Below are positions 48,805-60,066 of a DNA stretch of 64,000 nucleotides, piece by piece. The DNA is from Elsinoe ampelina (Eukaryota). Where the stretch lies: NCBI GenBank assembly GCA_010093995.1, contig ML992501.1:454227-518226 (forward strand). Reading direction: 5' to 3'. The notes under the pieces were generated by a model that searched no databases, was not told the origin of the DNA, and saw only the letters and a program-made list of their open reading frames with translations. Position numbers and translations under genes: made by a program. The stretch's first letter is position 1, and each line of letters starts with the position of its first letter.

Positions 48805-50698
48805 TCATCGAGATTCCGGAGAGAGGGGCCTGATCTCAACGTCCATATCCTTGAACTCATTTACAACGGGCAATGCTCCTTGGCTGTGTTGCTCGGCCTC
48901 AAAGGTTGCCGGGGTTGGGGACGTCTTGCGTCCGTCCGTGAGAGCAAGACTGAGTATGGCTGCGATGATTGCAACGACACTGCTCGACCACCAGGGGAGT
49001 CCGAGGCATCCTATCGACAGACCAGCGGATTGGATGAGACCAGAAAGAGTTGGGCCGATAGCTCTGCACAAGCTTGCTGAAGAGGCGGCACTTCCGTTCA
49101 GAGTCCCCAGGACTTTCTTCGATGGTGCAGAATTGGCCAGCAAGATCTGCAGTGGTGGGAAAGCGAATGCTTGAGCAGTGACCTTCCAGACGATCACCAC
49201 GTAGAGAAGTGGACGCTGGAGGTTCTCAGGCATGACCGTGAGGTAAGGAACCAGAAGGTACAGGAACGGGTATGATAGTACAGAGAGGCGGAAAGTTGCG
49301 AGGCTACCAAGCCTCTGGCTGATGAACGGGAAGACAATCAGAGTCGCGACTGTCTGGATAATGCCCTGCATTGACAAGATAGGGCCAATCGTCTTTGTGG
49401 GTAATTCGAAGCCTCCGGTGAAGAAGAAGGGGAGGCGAGGCTTCTCAGTCGTATGCGGCATGCTCAACAAGACGGGCAAAAGCTGCTCGGCCGAAATGGT
49501 GTGGCTGTGACACAGTCAGCAAAGTATCGTTCGTCAGCCAGTTGTTACCCACAATGCCAATAGCCCGTAGCTGATGATGATCATGAGGACTTGACGTGTA
49601 AAAGTCCCCGTGGTCACTACAGCTTTGCCTTGGGAATTGCCCGCCTCCAACGCTGCTGGACCTCCAGAGGAGAGATCCGCGGTGCTGATGGTCAAGGGCA
49701 GGAGAGCGGGCGAAGAATCCATCGAGGAGTAATCGCACGAGCTGCGGCTGTCGGAGTCTCTCAGTAAGCGGTATTCCTCCTCAATCATCCGTGCCTTCTC
49801 GTTGAAGATGACTGGACGTCTGAGCCGATGCATCAACCAGTCACCAACTTCCAGTCCAATATCTCGCCTGTCCTTTTTGTCTTCATGCGTCTCTTCAAGG
49901 AACAATAGCCCGACGATCATGCAAAAGATGACCACAGCACAGCAGATGAGGTTCGGGAGGAGGTACGGGTATCGAGCGAAGATGCCGTGCGGCGAGAAGT
50001 ATTCGGGGTAGTTGCGGACTGGATCTGCGAGTGTCCCGCCAATTGCTGCTCCTACGATGCTGCCTAGGCACCAAATCGAAGGCATAATCGAAAACGCTCT
50101 TGCTGTTCCCCGGTTAGCTCACGGCGTGGAAAGACGGGCAGCTCCCGACGTACATTGATGTGCTTCCTGGGTGACCACTTCAGCGACTGTGGTGTTAATG
50201 ACTCCAATATTGCTGCGAACATATCAGTCCTTGTTGCCTCTCTTGCTTGGTCCTCACCTACCCATTCAAAAGACCTCCCATTGCTCTTGCGAATAGTGCT
50301 ACCCACATGTTTGGAGCAAAGCCAAACATCAGCATGCTGACTCCTGTACCGGCCAGTCCGGTCAGAAGAACGGGCTTCCTCCCGAATCGATCACTGATGC
50401 GTCCCCAGATGACACCCGTGGAGAACTCTGCGAGAGCGAAGGCAGAAGTGACCATTCCGGCGTACATGGCCACGCTCTTTTCGTCGCTAGCAATGTGGAA
50501 GGATGTGACCATGTAGTAGACGTAGGGAAAGATGGACATGAAAGCGATTGGTTCGCAAATTCGACATATTGCTGGCATCAGGTTAGCACATCTCTGAGCA
50601 AGTCCACTACGTTACATACCCAGAACAAAAAGTTGTTGTGTAGGAAAAGCCGTAGAGTCTATTGTGACCCGCCTGTTGCGAGTACTGCTGTTCCTCAT
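48805..50698 (-). CDS. MFS transporter (multi-exon)
   Basis: FPTQQLFVL|AICRICEPIAFMSIFPY, WGRISDRFGRKP, GGLLNG|NIGV, FLEETH, APSKKVLGTLNG; several GT..AG introns; start codon inferred. Confidence 0.88.
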
Positions 50699-53558
50699 CG
50701 GTGGAATATGTGTACCACTACCAGTGGTAGTGAAGTCGAAGGGAGGGGTAGGGTAAGGGCTCCTTGGGTCGTGGCGGTGATCTCCTCTCCTGGGTATGAC
50801 AGACGTCCAGTATTTATCATCCGATCTGGTGGTAGCACAAACAAGCGGTCTAACTAAAGGTGGTCCCAATTGGCCGGGCAAGGCCCAATATGATCACGCG
50901 GCTTGGATAATCGGAAGAGTGGAGTGTGGTTACACAGGGTGATGAGGAAGTCTCGGAGGGGGAAAGCAACAGGAATTGAGACGGGTTATGAGGGTGAAGG
51001 AGAAGAAGAAGTATCCGGGATGATCTTACAAACGCCATGACGGGGATCAGCAAGGTAATAGCTGATGCACCGCGGGTACAGGCCCAGGGCGAGGTTGAAT
51101 AGTGGTACCGTGTGGGATGATGGAACTACCAGGGCGCCGACGGGAAAGGCCATGTCAGAGACCACGCAACGGTGCGACAAGAACTCAATTCGGCTTCCCC
51201 CTGTAAAAAGCATCGTTGGTACATTCGCAAGAGCAGGCGCTTGCGAAGACCCGGCCGGAAAGGAGTGGCCTGTGTGTTCACGATTAACGATGTAGGAAAT
51301 TCCTAGGAACGCAAAGTCCTGCTGGAATGACGGTCCTTTGCACAAAAGTTAATTTGGTCGGCTTGGCCTCCCCGACAGTGACTTTTTTTGGTGCGGCTGA
51401 CTCTGCGGGCGACCTACAGTACCAGACAAGGGACCAAAGGCACCAAGGCGCGCTAGATCACGGCTCCTTGTTTCCGCGGGCTCGTGGCTCAGAGATCCGA
51501 TACCTCTTGATTGGTTCGCGGGACTGCGGCCCTGTCCAGTGGAACACGTCAGGAAGGCCCGGCAAGGTCTCTAGCATGGCCTTTATCAGAGTGACAGATC
51601 TGCTGTGGGACGTGACGGGTGCGCCCCGGCGTGAAGCCACGCGCCGTCTAGACGGCTGAGAGTCTGAAGGAGACTGGCGTCTGGTGGACATTATGTGGTC
51701 CGATGGGCTGTAAGTTGCAGGGACATGCGTTTTGCGCCGCTTCGCTCGAGCCGGTCTGATCTTCATTAAAACGGCCTCGTGGTACGACGTGTGTCAGAAG
51801 CATTCCTCGGCAAATGCCAGGTTGGCGGTCAAGGCTGCCGTATCGAATGGCGGTGAGGGAATCGGCTTGCCTGCGATCTCGCGGAGTGCAATCGACACAC
51901 CAAACGCCCGGCAGAGAATAGCAACGGTGAAGCTTCGATGTGGGCGGAAAAATCTTTGCACAGCTCCCAAGCTGCATCGCAGCAGTTCCACTCGTGCATG
52001 CATTTACCCACGCTGCCGGGTGCAAAGCAAATCGCGACCAGTCTTGCGGGCCGACGGTTGCAGCGATGGATTGATGGTCCTCCTGCAGGACGGAGGCGTC
52101 CACAAAAGGCTACTGAGCTTTACGAGTGCTCTGCATGGGAGCGTAGCCGGACTGGGCCTACGCTGGTACTCCCAGCAGTTCCTTCAGAACCTTGACAGAA
52201 GCCCATGTCTGCAACGGAATATGCAGTCCCGTTTTTCGCAAGTTTCTTTTGCTCACTGCGCGGTCATGGACAAAAGACGCCGGACTGTCGGCGACCTACA
52301 TATGGTAACTACTTCCGGGTTGGCAATCAAAAGGCCACGATTTGATCAACGACTAGCCGCGGGTCAAGTCGTGGGCTTTTTGACGGTCGATTCGTGGCTT
52401 TCCTCGTGACAGGCGCTGAGTCGAGTGCCACTGGCGCGGATTCCTCGGGACTTGACCCTAGTTGCGGTTCCCAGATATTACAATCGGCGCCTCGCTTCGT
52501 GTCAGGTCTGGTAGTTTACCAGTCTCGGGATCCAGTCACGACTAGTATTATTATTGCCCTGTCACGAATCGGATCGTAAAATTAGTCCAAGGTTTGGCCA
52601 GGAGCCTGGTTAGACTAGACTAGGGGTTGTCCCAGAAGCTTCTGACCATCTCCCATCGTGCTCTCGTTTGCGGGACTCCCACGTTTTTGGGGGGCGAGGT
52701 GAGCCGCATCGTCATTGCCATCGGTTGCAAAATTCTTGTTTGCTCGCTTTGGCGGTCAAGCTGTACGAACAACGACAGTGCATTGCACATTGATCATGCT
52801 GTCACCTAGCCATGGTTCCAGATCAAAGATGACCCGTTTGCTGTCATGCCGACTCGCCCCGCTCGGCGTCGAATTGGGCTGCCAAAGGTCATCAAAAGAT
52901 CAAGGAGCCAGCAGATGACAGGACCATGCTCGCAGAACGCAATGACTCGTTGCCCGGAGTGAGCGCGCCACAAAGGCAAGATGTTGGTTTTCCACTCCCG
53001 GCGAATGCCTGGTCAGCCAGGTCAGCTAAGAGTTGCCAGCCCTGGCATGTGCTTTGAGTGGCGGCAGATCTGATAGTTCTGACAGACGCAGTCGAGATGA
53101 GATGATGACAGATCTATCGGCCTGCAGCAAAGGACGGTAGCGTACGGCGAACCCCTATTAGACACGCTAGTGGACTATGCATACTGTAGCCCATCTAGGG
53201 TATACCGTCCATGCTTCTCAATAGCACGATAGCGGGGGAGGGGTACACAGCAAATTCTTCTTACGGGCGACCTGCATGAATTCTCAGCAAACATTCCAAA
53301 TGCCAGGCCGTGCAGGCGATCAGCAAGGTTCATTCTCGCGTGAAGCTAATGGCCACTTCCCCTGCGAAAATGAGAAAAAGCCCAGGGTCCTTTGTTGATG
53401 ATCCAAAATCGGATCGCGCGTCGTCGATCACTCCAAACTACGCCAAGCTTTTGTTGCTCACCACCTAGCTTGACACCTGTGCTTGCTCACGTCCTCCGTG
53501 CCTGCCCCACGCAATCATTACCGCAAAGTGCAGGTCGACACGCATCGACGCGAGCGAG

Positions 53559-54666
53559 ATGGGCGCCACTGTCGAAGACCATGCTTTTGGGAGCACAGAT
53601 GTCGCCGAATATCAAGCCAATAACCGTCTCCTAGACTTGTAAGCTACCACGTCTCCTATACAGCATTAGTATTGATCTTCGCAATGACAGTCTCGCCATT
53701 CGCAATACTTGTCCAAAAGGGCTGTACATCACACCACTGCCTGAAGACTCGAACCAGTGGGAAGGTGTGCTTTTCAATCGTAAAGGTAAGGGACCCCCAA
53801 AGCATGGGTTGTCAGTGGCTTCATGAGAACCAGGACCCTATCTGCCTGGCATATTCCGCTTCAACATTATCTTTCCCCTTCAGTATCCAAGTAGACCTCC
53901 TACCATCTCATTCCTGAGTGACGTGTTCCATCCTTTGGTATCGCCCTTGACAACCTATCTATTCAGCAATCAGGATACTGGAGCCGACACCGTGAGTGCC
54001 ACAGACCATGACCGCCTGTCGCCAGGGTCATTCAGCTTACGACATGGCTTTCCTGAATGGTTCAGGCGTACTCCGCAGCGATCTAGTGGCGACTTGGATG
54101 AAGGCATGAGCGACATCACCGACATGGGAGCCAGTCCCAACGACACATCCGCTCCAATCCCCGCCAGAGATATGCAAACTCGACCCTGGGAACCCCCACA
54201 CATCGTTGAAGTGCTATTCTACTTGAGAGCTGCATTCGCATCTGCAGAGCTTTTGGACGCCATCCCCCAGGATGCTGCAGCAAATCCAAGTGCGTGGCAC
54301 GCATGGCACACGTTCAGCTCAAAAGATGTCAATCGTAGCAGCTCCCTTAGATCCAAGTCAGACGCCGGCATGACCCCAGTCTCTGCACTTAAGCAGCAAC
54401 CCGGCGGCGCAAGAAGTCCCGGGGAGTGGAACTGGGACGGTGTTTGGGAGGACAGACTACGAAAGTGCGTGCAGGCCTCGCTCGCGGAACAGGCTGTCTT
54501 CAAGAAAAGTGGAAATACGGACGAGCTCGTGAGTCCTGCGATTGTTTTGCTGTCCATGGAAGGAGCTGACAGTAGCAAGATACAATTCTGTGACCTCGAT
54601 CAAGAGACAATGAGGGATGTGGTACCGTGGACATCAGGTTCTTCGCCGGATCTCGGGGGAGCATGA
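53559..54666 (+). CDS. Ubiquitin-conjugating (E2)-fold variant, AKTIP/crossbronx-like
   Basis: Spliced reading CPKGLYITP...WEGVLFNRK|GPYLPGIFRFNIIFPLQYPSRPPTISFLSDVFHPLV; introns ~53639-53690, 53786-53833, 54529-54579; no catalytic Cys after HP. Confidence 0.8.
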
Positions 54667-54872
54667 GTCTAGTCGGATTGCGCCTGCCGAATGTGAATGT
54701 TCACGAGGCATGGTACCACCAATCGCACCTTCTGAATTTGCATCACAAGTCAGAGTCCGCTTCGACATTTCCAGTCTAAACTCTGAGCCATTTCATCATT
54801 CAGCAGTGCTATCAGTAAGCACAACGTTCAGTACTATCAATCCGCTAGTCTGGAGACTACCAGCAATTGGGC

Positions 54873-56459
54873 ATGCCACGCTCGGAGCTATTCAGGCCGC
54901 GCTCGAGGCAGGGTGGTGGTCAATCTGCCGATACTCTGCGCAATCATAGCAATCAAGGCGCCACAGCTGTATCTCCATCCCAGTGCAGACTTGCAGGAGG
55001 AAGCAGTCCGCTTTCTCACTCGCAGCGACCAAGGATTGTACGGCACGACCCACGCATTTCTGAAATCCCGATGACTAGCGTGGCTACGCATCAAGCTTTC
55101 GGCGGCAAGGAGAATCTCAAGATCATTACGTCAAATTTGTGTCTCGATGGTTTGCGTCCCAGGAAGACATCATTAATTACCACATTATCTTCAGTGACAT
55201 GCAGTGCGGATCCTATAACCAAGCCACCTGGTAGGACCAAATCTATTCGCAAGAGAGTCTTCTCAAAGGTCAAGGAAGGTGTACGTCTTCGGTCTCTAAG
55301 CTCTGCAGAGCCCAGTGGGCCGTCGGAAGAATCGACCAGTACCCTGTATCAAGCAGTCGATCAGCAACGCTGCAGCACTAGCGACTCTTCCTGCCGCTCG
55401 AGCAGGTCCGGCATGGAGCATACCTGCCGGGTGGGTTCAAGTACTTCGATCCGGCCGCGCTACGTCGGCAGCGACCTGTGCCGTCTCCAGGCCACCATGA
55501 CATTGCACCACGATGAGGACTCATACGAGTCGCCCGTAATGGCTATGGTCATAATTCATGCAACAGCTGCACAAGATCGACCATCGAAGGACTCGTTCAC
55601 AAATGTCTGCGTAAAATTACGACCGGTCTCGAACTACGAGGTGATAGATATTGATGGGCCTATGTTTGTCAAAGTGCTCGGTCCAGAAGACAGGATCACA
55701 TTACGAGTCCGGCTATCCAAGATCGCCAAGCCAATTGATCAGGATCAATTTGAAGAGCTTTGCAGCGAAATAGAGTCAATGCTTGATTGCGACAGGCACG
55801 AAGTCTTCACGCTCAAGGTCACCTATCATCACCCATTGTTTCCTGTTGATACGGCTTTGGTGCTTCAACGAAGCTGCACCATGGATGATCACGGCGTCCT
55901 ACCGGGGGTTTCCTCCGCAACATCTTCGGCCATCGCATTGCCACAGATGAACGATACTGATATGGTGTCGGGAAACTCTGACCATGCCGCATCTCCGATC
56001 AATGGTGGCGGTGAACGTACGAGATTCCGTCGTCCTGGATATGGAATCTTTGACCCAGGTCATGGGACAAAGGATATTTCCGAGACGGTGGCACCATCGA
56101 CGCAGCAGGCCGGTCGCGTCCTACCAGCCGACGGTGCACTACCAGCCGACGGTGCACTACCAGCCGACGCTGCAAGGGAAGTATGGAGGCTTATCCGACG
56201 GGACAGCAAGACTGCAAGCATGATCACGGGTACAAAGGCGGTGAAGCACGATCGACCACTGGTAGTGCGACACGACACAGGAGTGGCGATCGCCGCCATG
56301 AGGAATACGGCCTTGTCGAACAAACGGAGTGTCGATGAAGAGACGATACGCGAGTGGCAGGAGAATCTATTCTTGACCCCGAAGAACAGCAACGTGTCAA
56401 TCCCAGGCGTGGCTGGATCCAACCTGCAGAGTGGATATGCAAATGTTCCGTGGCTGTGA
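54873..56459 (+). CDS. Uncharacterised fungal protein (~530 aa)
   Basis: Long ORF; C-terminal AREVWRLIRR...ALSNKRSV...PWL; start uncertain. Confidence 0.7.
   Translation: MPRSELFRPRSRQGGGQSADTLRNHSNQGATAVSPSQCRLAGGSSPLSHSQRPRIVRHDPRISEIPMTSVATHQAFGGKENLKIITSNLCLDGLRPRKTSLITTLSSVTCSADPITKPPGRTKSIRKRVFSKVKEGVRLRSLSSAEPSGPSEESTSTLYQAVDQQRCSTSDSSCRSSRSGMEHTCRVGSSTSIRPRYVGSDLCRLQATMTLHHDEDSYESPVMAMVIIHATAAQDRPSKDSFTNVCVKLRPVSNYEVIDIDGPMFVKVLGPEDRITLRVRLSKIAKPIDQDQFEELCSEIESMLDCDRHEVFTLKVTYHHPLFPVDTALVLQRSCTMDDHGVLPGVSSATSSAIALPQMNDTDMVSGNSDHAASPINGGGERTRFRRPGYGIFDPGHGTKDISETVAPSTQQAGRVLPADGALPADGALPADAAREVWRLIRRDSKTASMITGTKAVKHDRPLVVRHDTGVAIAAMRNTALSNKRSVDEETIREWQENLFLTPKNSNVSIPGVAGSNLQSGYANVPWL
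56121..56174 (+). repeat. In-frame 18-bp tandem repeat x3
   Basis: CTACCAGCCGACG(G/C)TGCA x3 encoding LPADGA LPADGA LPADAA. Confidence 0.9.
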
Positions 56460-57978
56460 AGGGAGCACGGCAGTAGTACTTGGGCTTGTACCACGAGTAC
56501 TTGTCGTCAAGTCACCTCACTAGCGGCCCATCATCCTTGTGACGGCGGAACCCGCTTCGGAGCAATGTGAATGGTTACCAACACGCTCTCCCCTGTCCTT
56601 CCTGCCGTCTTGCATGGCGATCTAGTGATTCCCGAGCGTCTGTCACGCTACTGCGGGCCCGAAGGGTCCCGTTCGGCGAAGTGTCGAGCAAACATCATCC
56701 TTGTCACTTTGTAAGCGCCCACTTTGCCTACACTACCAGAAGATCATCACTTTAGCAGTGAGCTCCACCAGCGCAATCCTCAAGCACCAATACCTTACGC
56801 ATGTCACTGCCCCATATGTTCTGCACAGCCCTGCACCAAAATCTCAGTCAGCACGACATCGCCTTGCCTACCCACCAATATGAGCAAAAAATCCCCGTCA
56901 GCTCGCCCCTCACCTAACCCCAATCCTCCCGCCGCCATGAACCAGATAACCCTCCCTCCCGATCCATCAGATCGGTCGTTCCCCATCGCCCGCCCAACCA
57001 GACTACCCCCGACAGCCGGGCCTATCCTCACCGTTCGTTACGGTAAGCACCTGCATGACATCCTTCCCGTACCTCTGCACCCGTGTCGTCGTAAGCCAGC
57101 CCCAAGCCCGCGAGGATCGATCTTCTGCCCAGGCCCTCACGCAGAGCAGACATGTTTGCTGTACCGCACGCAACGTGCAGTCGCCCCCGTACTGCATCCT
57201 ACAGGGCAGAAAATCCAACGTCCGCACCGCCGACGAAGACCGGAGTGGCACCACAGTATATCTCTCGGGGCCAGTGGCATAGACCGATCCGGCGATTCGC
57301 GACTTCGCCTCCTGCACCTCATCTCACGGTTCTCACCCCTCGTGCTCTCACTCCCTATCTACCGTGAACCGTACCTTCGTAGTCATGTGTCCTCCGTGAT
57401 CCCTGCCCCCTCTTCCGCCCCCCGGCTGCCCTGCCGTGCGGTGTGAACGTCCACACAAATTGTTGCAAAGCCGTCCTCTGATCCATCCCACGGCCTTTGC
57501 CGGGTCGTCGTGAGGACATCGTCCCGCGTGTTGTGGTTGTGGACTGTTTGCGCGTGGCACGAGCCACTTCTCGCCTCGGCCCTTGGGGACAGGGACAGGG
57601 ACGTGTCAATGGGGAAGTTGTTCGTGCACTGCCGTTCGAGGCGTGGTGCGTTTGTTGGCCCCCCACGGTGGGGGGGGGGAGGGGGTAAAGATAGCCGAGG
57701 ACGTGCAGGTGAGGATTTTGGGGGCGGGAGAAGGGCCGATGGGGACTGGGGGCGATGGGCTGCGATGGGCTGCGAGGTCTGGGATTGGGGATGGGGAGGC
57801 TGGAGGGTTGTGCTGAGTTGGGAAAGGGAAGGTTGGAGCGGAGTTGGAAGGTTGGCACAGTACGCTGAGGGATTGGCATGGGAGAGGGACGAGTCACTTC
57901 ATGATGAGAGCGGATAGTTGTGCTGTGGTATACCGCACGTGGGATCACTTGAGACTTCAGGGGAGAGTCGTGCTACGT

Positions 57979-59499
57979 CTACTTCTTCTTCTCGATGACT
58001 TCTACTCCATTCATCCATGGCCGAAGTACCTCCGGTACAACCAATGCCTGCCTCTCCTCATCCCATCCTGCTTCCATGATAGCGGCGAGGACTCGAGGCA
58101 CGGCCATTGCCGTACCATTGACAGTAAAGGGCCACTCGAGCTTGCCGCTGCCTTTACCTGCTCGCCGCATTCGTGTCGCCAGTCGTCGGGTCTGGTAGTC
58201 ACCGCACATGCTGAGGCTAGTGACTTCACCCCATCCTTGGTCTCGATCTCGGCGACTGGGGAAGAAAACTTCGACGTCGATCTTGCGTTGCGCAGAGGCA
58301 CCGAGGTCGGTGGCGGGCATCTCGAGGATGCGGCCGTGGAGTCCAAGGGATGTGATGATTTCTTTCTGGATGCTGAGCATTTCATCGAAGACGATTTCCT
58401 GAGGTGTCTTATCGGACTTTGTATCCAGCGTCTCGTCTTCATCGAAGAATTTGCCTTCTTCACTTGTGTTCCTGTCTGGCTTGGTCCAGGCGAACATCTC
58501 AACTTTGGTAAACTCGTGAACTCTGTAAAGTCCCTTTGTGTCTACTCCTCTCGCACCAGCTTCGGCTCTGTAGCACCTGCTGGCTCCAACCACCTTCATT
58601 GGCAGATTCCCTTCTTCCAGCGTTTGATTGGCATTCATGCCAGCGAACGGGATCTCTGCAGTTCCCGCAAGTACTAAGCCTGCTTTGTCCTTGCCTTGCT
58701 CACCCTGCAACGCGTAGATCTGGGTCTCTCCGTTGGTGTCCCGAGGCATGAACCCGCATGCTGAAGCAATGTGCGAGTAGACTATGCTAGGAGGCGAGAC
58801 AACACGCCACCCGTGACGTCGGGCCACACTGAGTGCGTACTGGATCAAGGCATTTTCAAGAAGTACTGCCTCATTGAGCAGATAGTACCAACCCCATCCG
58901 GAAACTGTAGCCGATGAAGTGAAGTCCAGAAGGTCGAGGGAAGTGCCGATGTCAACGTGTGAGCGGGACAGGGACCTGGTAGATGATGATGGATGCGTTT
59001 TGATGTATCCCAAGACCTTCGGCTCGGATCCTGGGGGAGTGTAGTGCGATGAGAGATTGGGGAGTTGAAGTGCAAGAGTCTCGATCCGTTGTTCGATGTC
59101 GGACTCTTTCGTCGAGACGACATCAAGTTGTGTCTTGTAGTCCTTTGCTTCTGCTAGGAGAGCAGCCTTTGATGACGAATCTGGCGATGAAGCGGCATTG
59201 GCAAGCTGCCGGCGCACTGCGTTGTTCTTCTCGCGGAGTTGGCGAGCATCCCGCTGTAGTTGTGTCCATTCTTGGTGGAGGGACAAGATGTCCCAAGAGT
59301 GGCGAGATTGTGCCTTGTAGTTTCTGTCTTCACAATTCTGTTCGTACAGGCCTGGGGCGGAGCGGATATGCTTGATGTCGAGCACCGGCTTGGGAGCGAA
59401 TGCTGGCCGAGCGAAGCATCTCTGCTCCTTACGAACGAGTTTTGGAACTGTAGTAGAATCGATGAGGACCCTACCGGTCCTATGGATGGCCGGCCTCAT
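57979..59499 (-). CDS. DIA4: Seryl-tRNA synthetase, mitochondrial type
   Basis: 506-aa ORF; Arg-rich presequence, coiled-coil arm, LAGTAEIP, YRAEAGARG..GLYRVHEFTKVEMF, TVNGTAMAVPR. Confidence 0.93.
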   Translation of the reverse strand: MRPAIHRTGRVLIDSTTVPKLVRKEQRCFARPAFAPKPVLDIKHIRSAPGLYEQNCEDRNYKAQSRHSWDILSLHQEWTQLQRDARQLREKNNAVRRQLANAASSPDSSSKAALLAEAKDYKTQLDVVSTKESDIEQRIETLALQLPNLSSHYTPPGSEPKVLGYIKTHPSSSTRSLSRSHVDIGTSLDLLDFTSSATVSGWGWYYLLNEAVLLENALIQYALSVARRHGWRVVSPPSIVYSHIASACGFMPRDTNGETQIYALQGEQGKDKAGLVLAGTAEIPFAGMNANQTLEEGNLPMKVVGASRCYRAEAGARGVDTKGLYRVHEFTKVEMFAWTKPDRNTSEEGKFFDEDETLDTKSDKTPQEIVFDEMLSIQKEIITSLGLHGRILEMPATDLGASAQRKIDVEVFFPSRRDRDQGWGEVTSLSMCGDYQTRRLATRMRRAGKGSGKLEWPFTVNGTAMAVPRVLAAIMEAGWDEERQALVVPEVLRPWMNGVEVIEKKK

Positions 59500-60066
59500 G
59501 TCAACATGGTATTTCTCGTTCCAGAGATGGAAATGTCTCGGTCTCGCATGGAATAGACGAGCCGGTGTTTCGTACAGCCAATACCAATGGTCTTTTGCTC
59601 GTCAAACCTGTGCTGCAGAAGCCGTTCAACCAAGTTGAGCGAATGAATTTAGAAACACTGGAAAAGCTTCAAGCCCGGAACACCAATCCTGAGGTATAGT
59701 ACAATGCCAAATGCGAAGAGATATCAAAACACCTTCACCTCCCTCGATATAGCACAGAGCATGTTGATGGAAGAAATATATAGCTCTTTCCGCAAATGGC
59801 AGGTTTCTTGGGAATCTGACTGCTGATTGGTTGCCACCAACTTCGCCGCGTGACAGACCAGAGCATCTCGACCAATGCTTCTCTGCTCCTCCTTTCTTGC
59901 TTTCAAATTTGCTGAAAGATTGAAACACTCCATGGTCGCGTTCATGGTCAGCATAGAACGCGATCCAGCAACCGCCAGGCATAATATGTCAAGGTGTCGA
60001 GGTCCTTCTTCGCCGCCGTTATAGCGGGGTGACACACTCAATCCACCGCAAGCGCCGACACCCCTC

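Noticed and set aside
31024..50698. Metabolic or secondary-metabolite gene cluster (GH79, MFS, GFA, permease, SDR, TF)
   Set aside because: No backbone enzyme or shared pathway; the TF looks like the global regulator UaY/Ppr1 rather than a cluster-specific one.
51327..53400. ORFs in the long intergenic region (e.g. 51732-52409)
   Set aside because: Non-ATG starts, no motifs, no coding-like bias; probably divergent promoter/UTR DNA.
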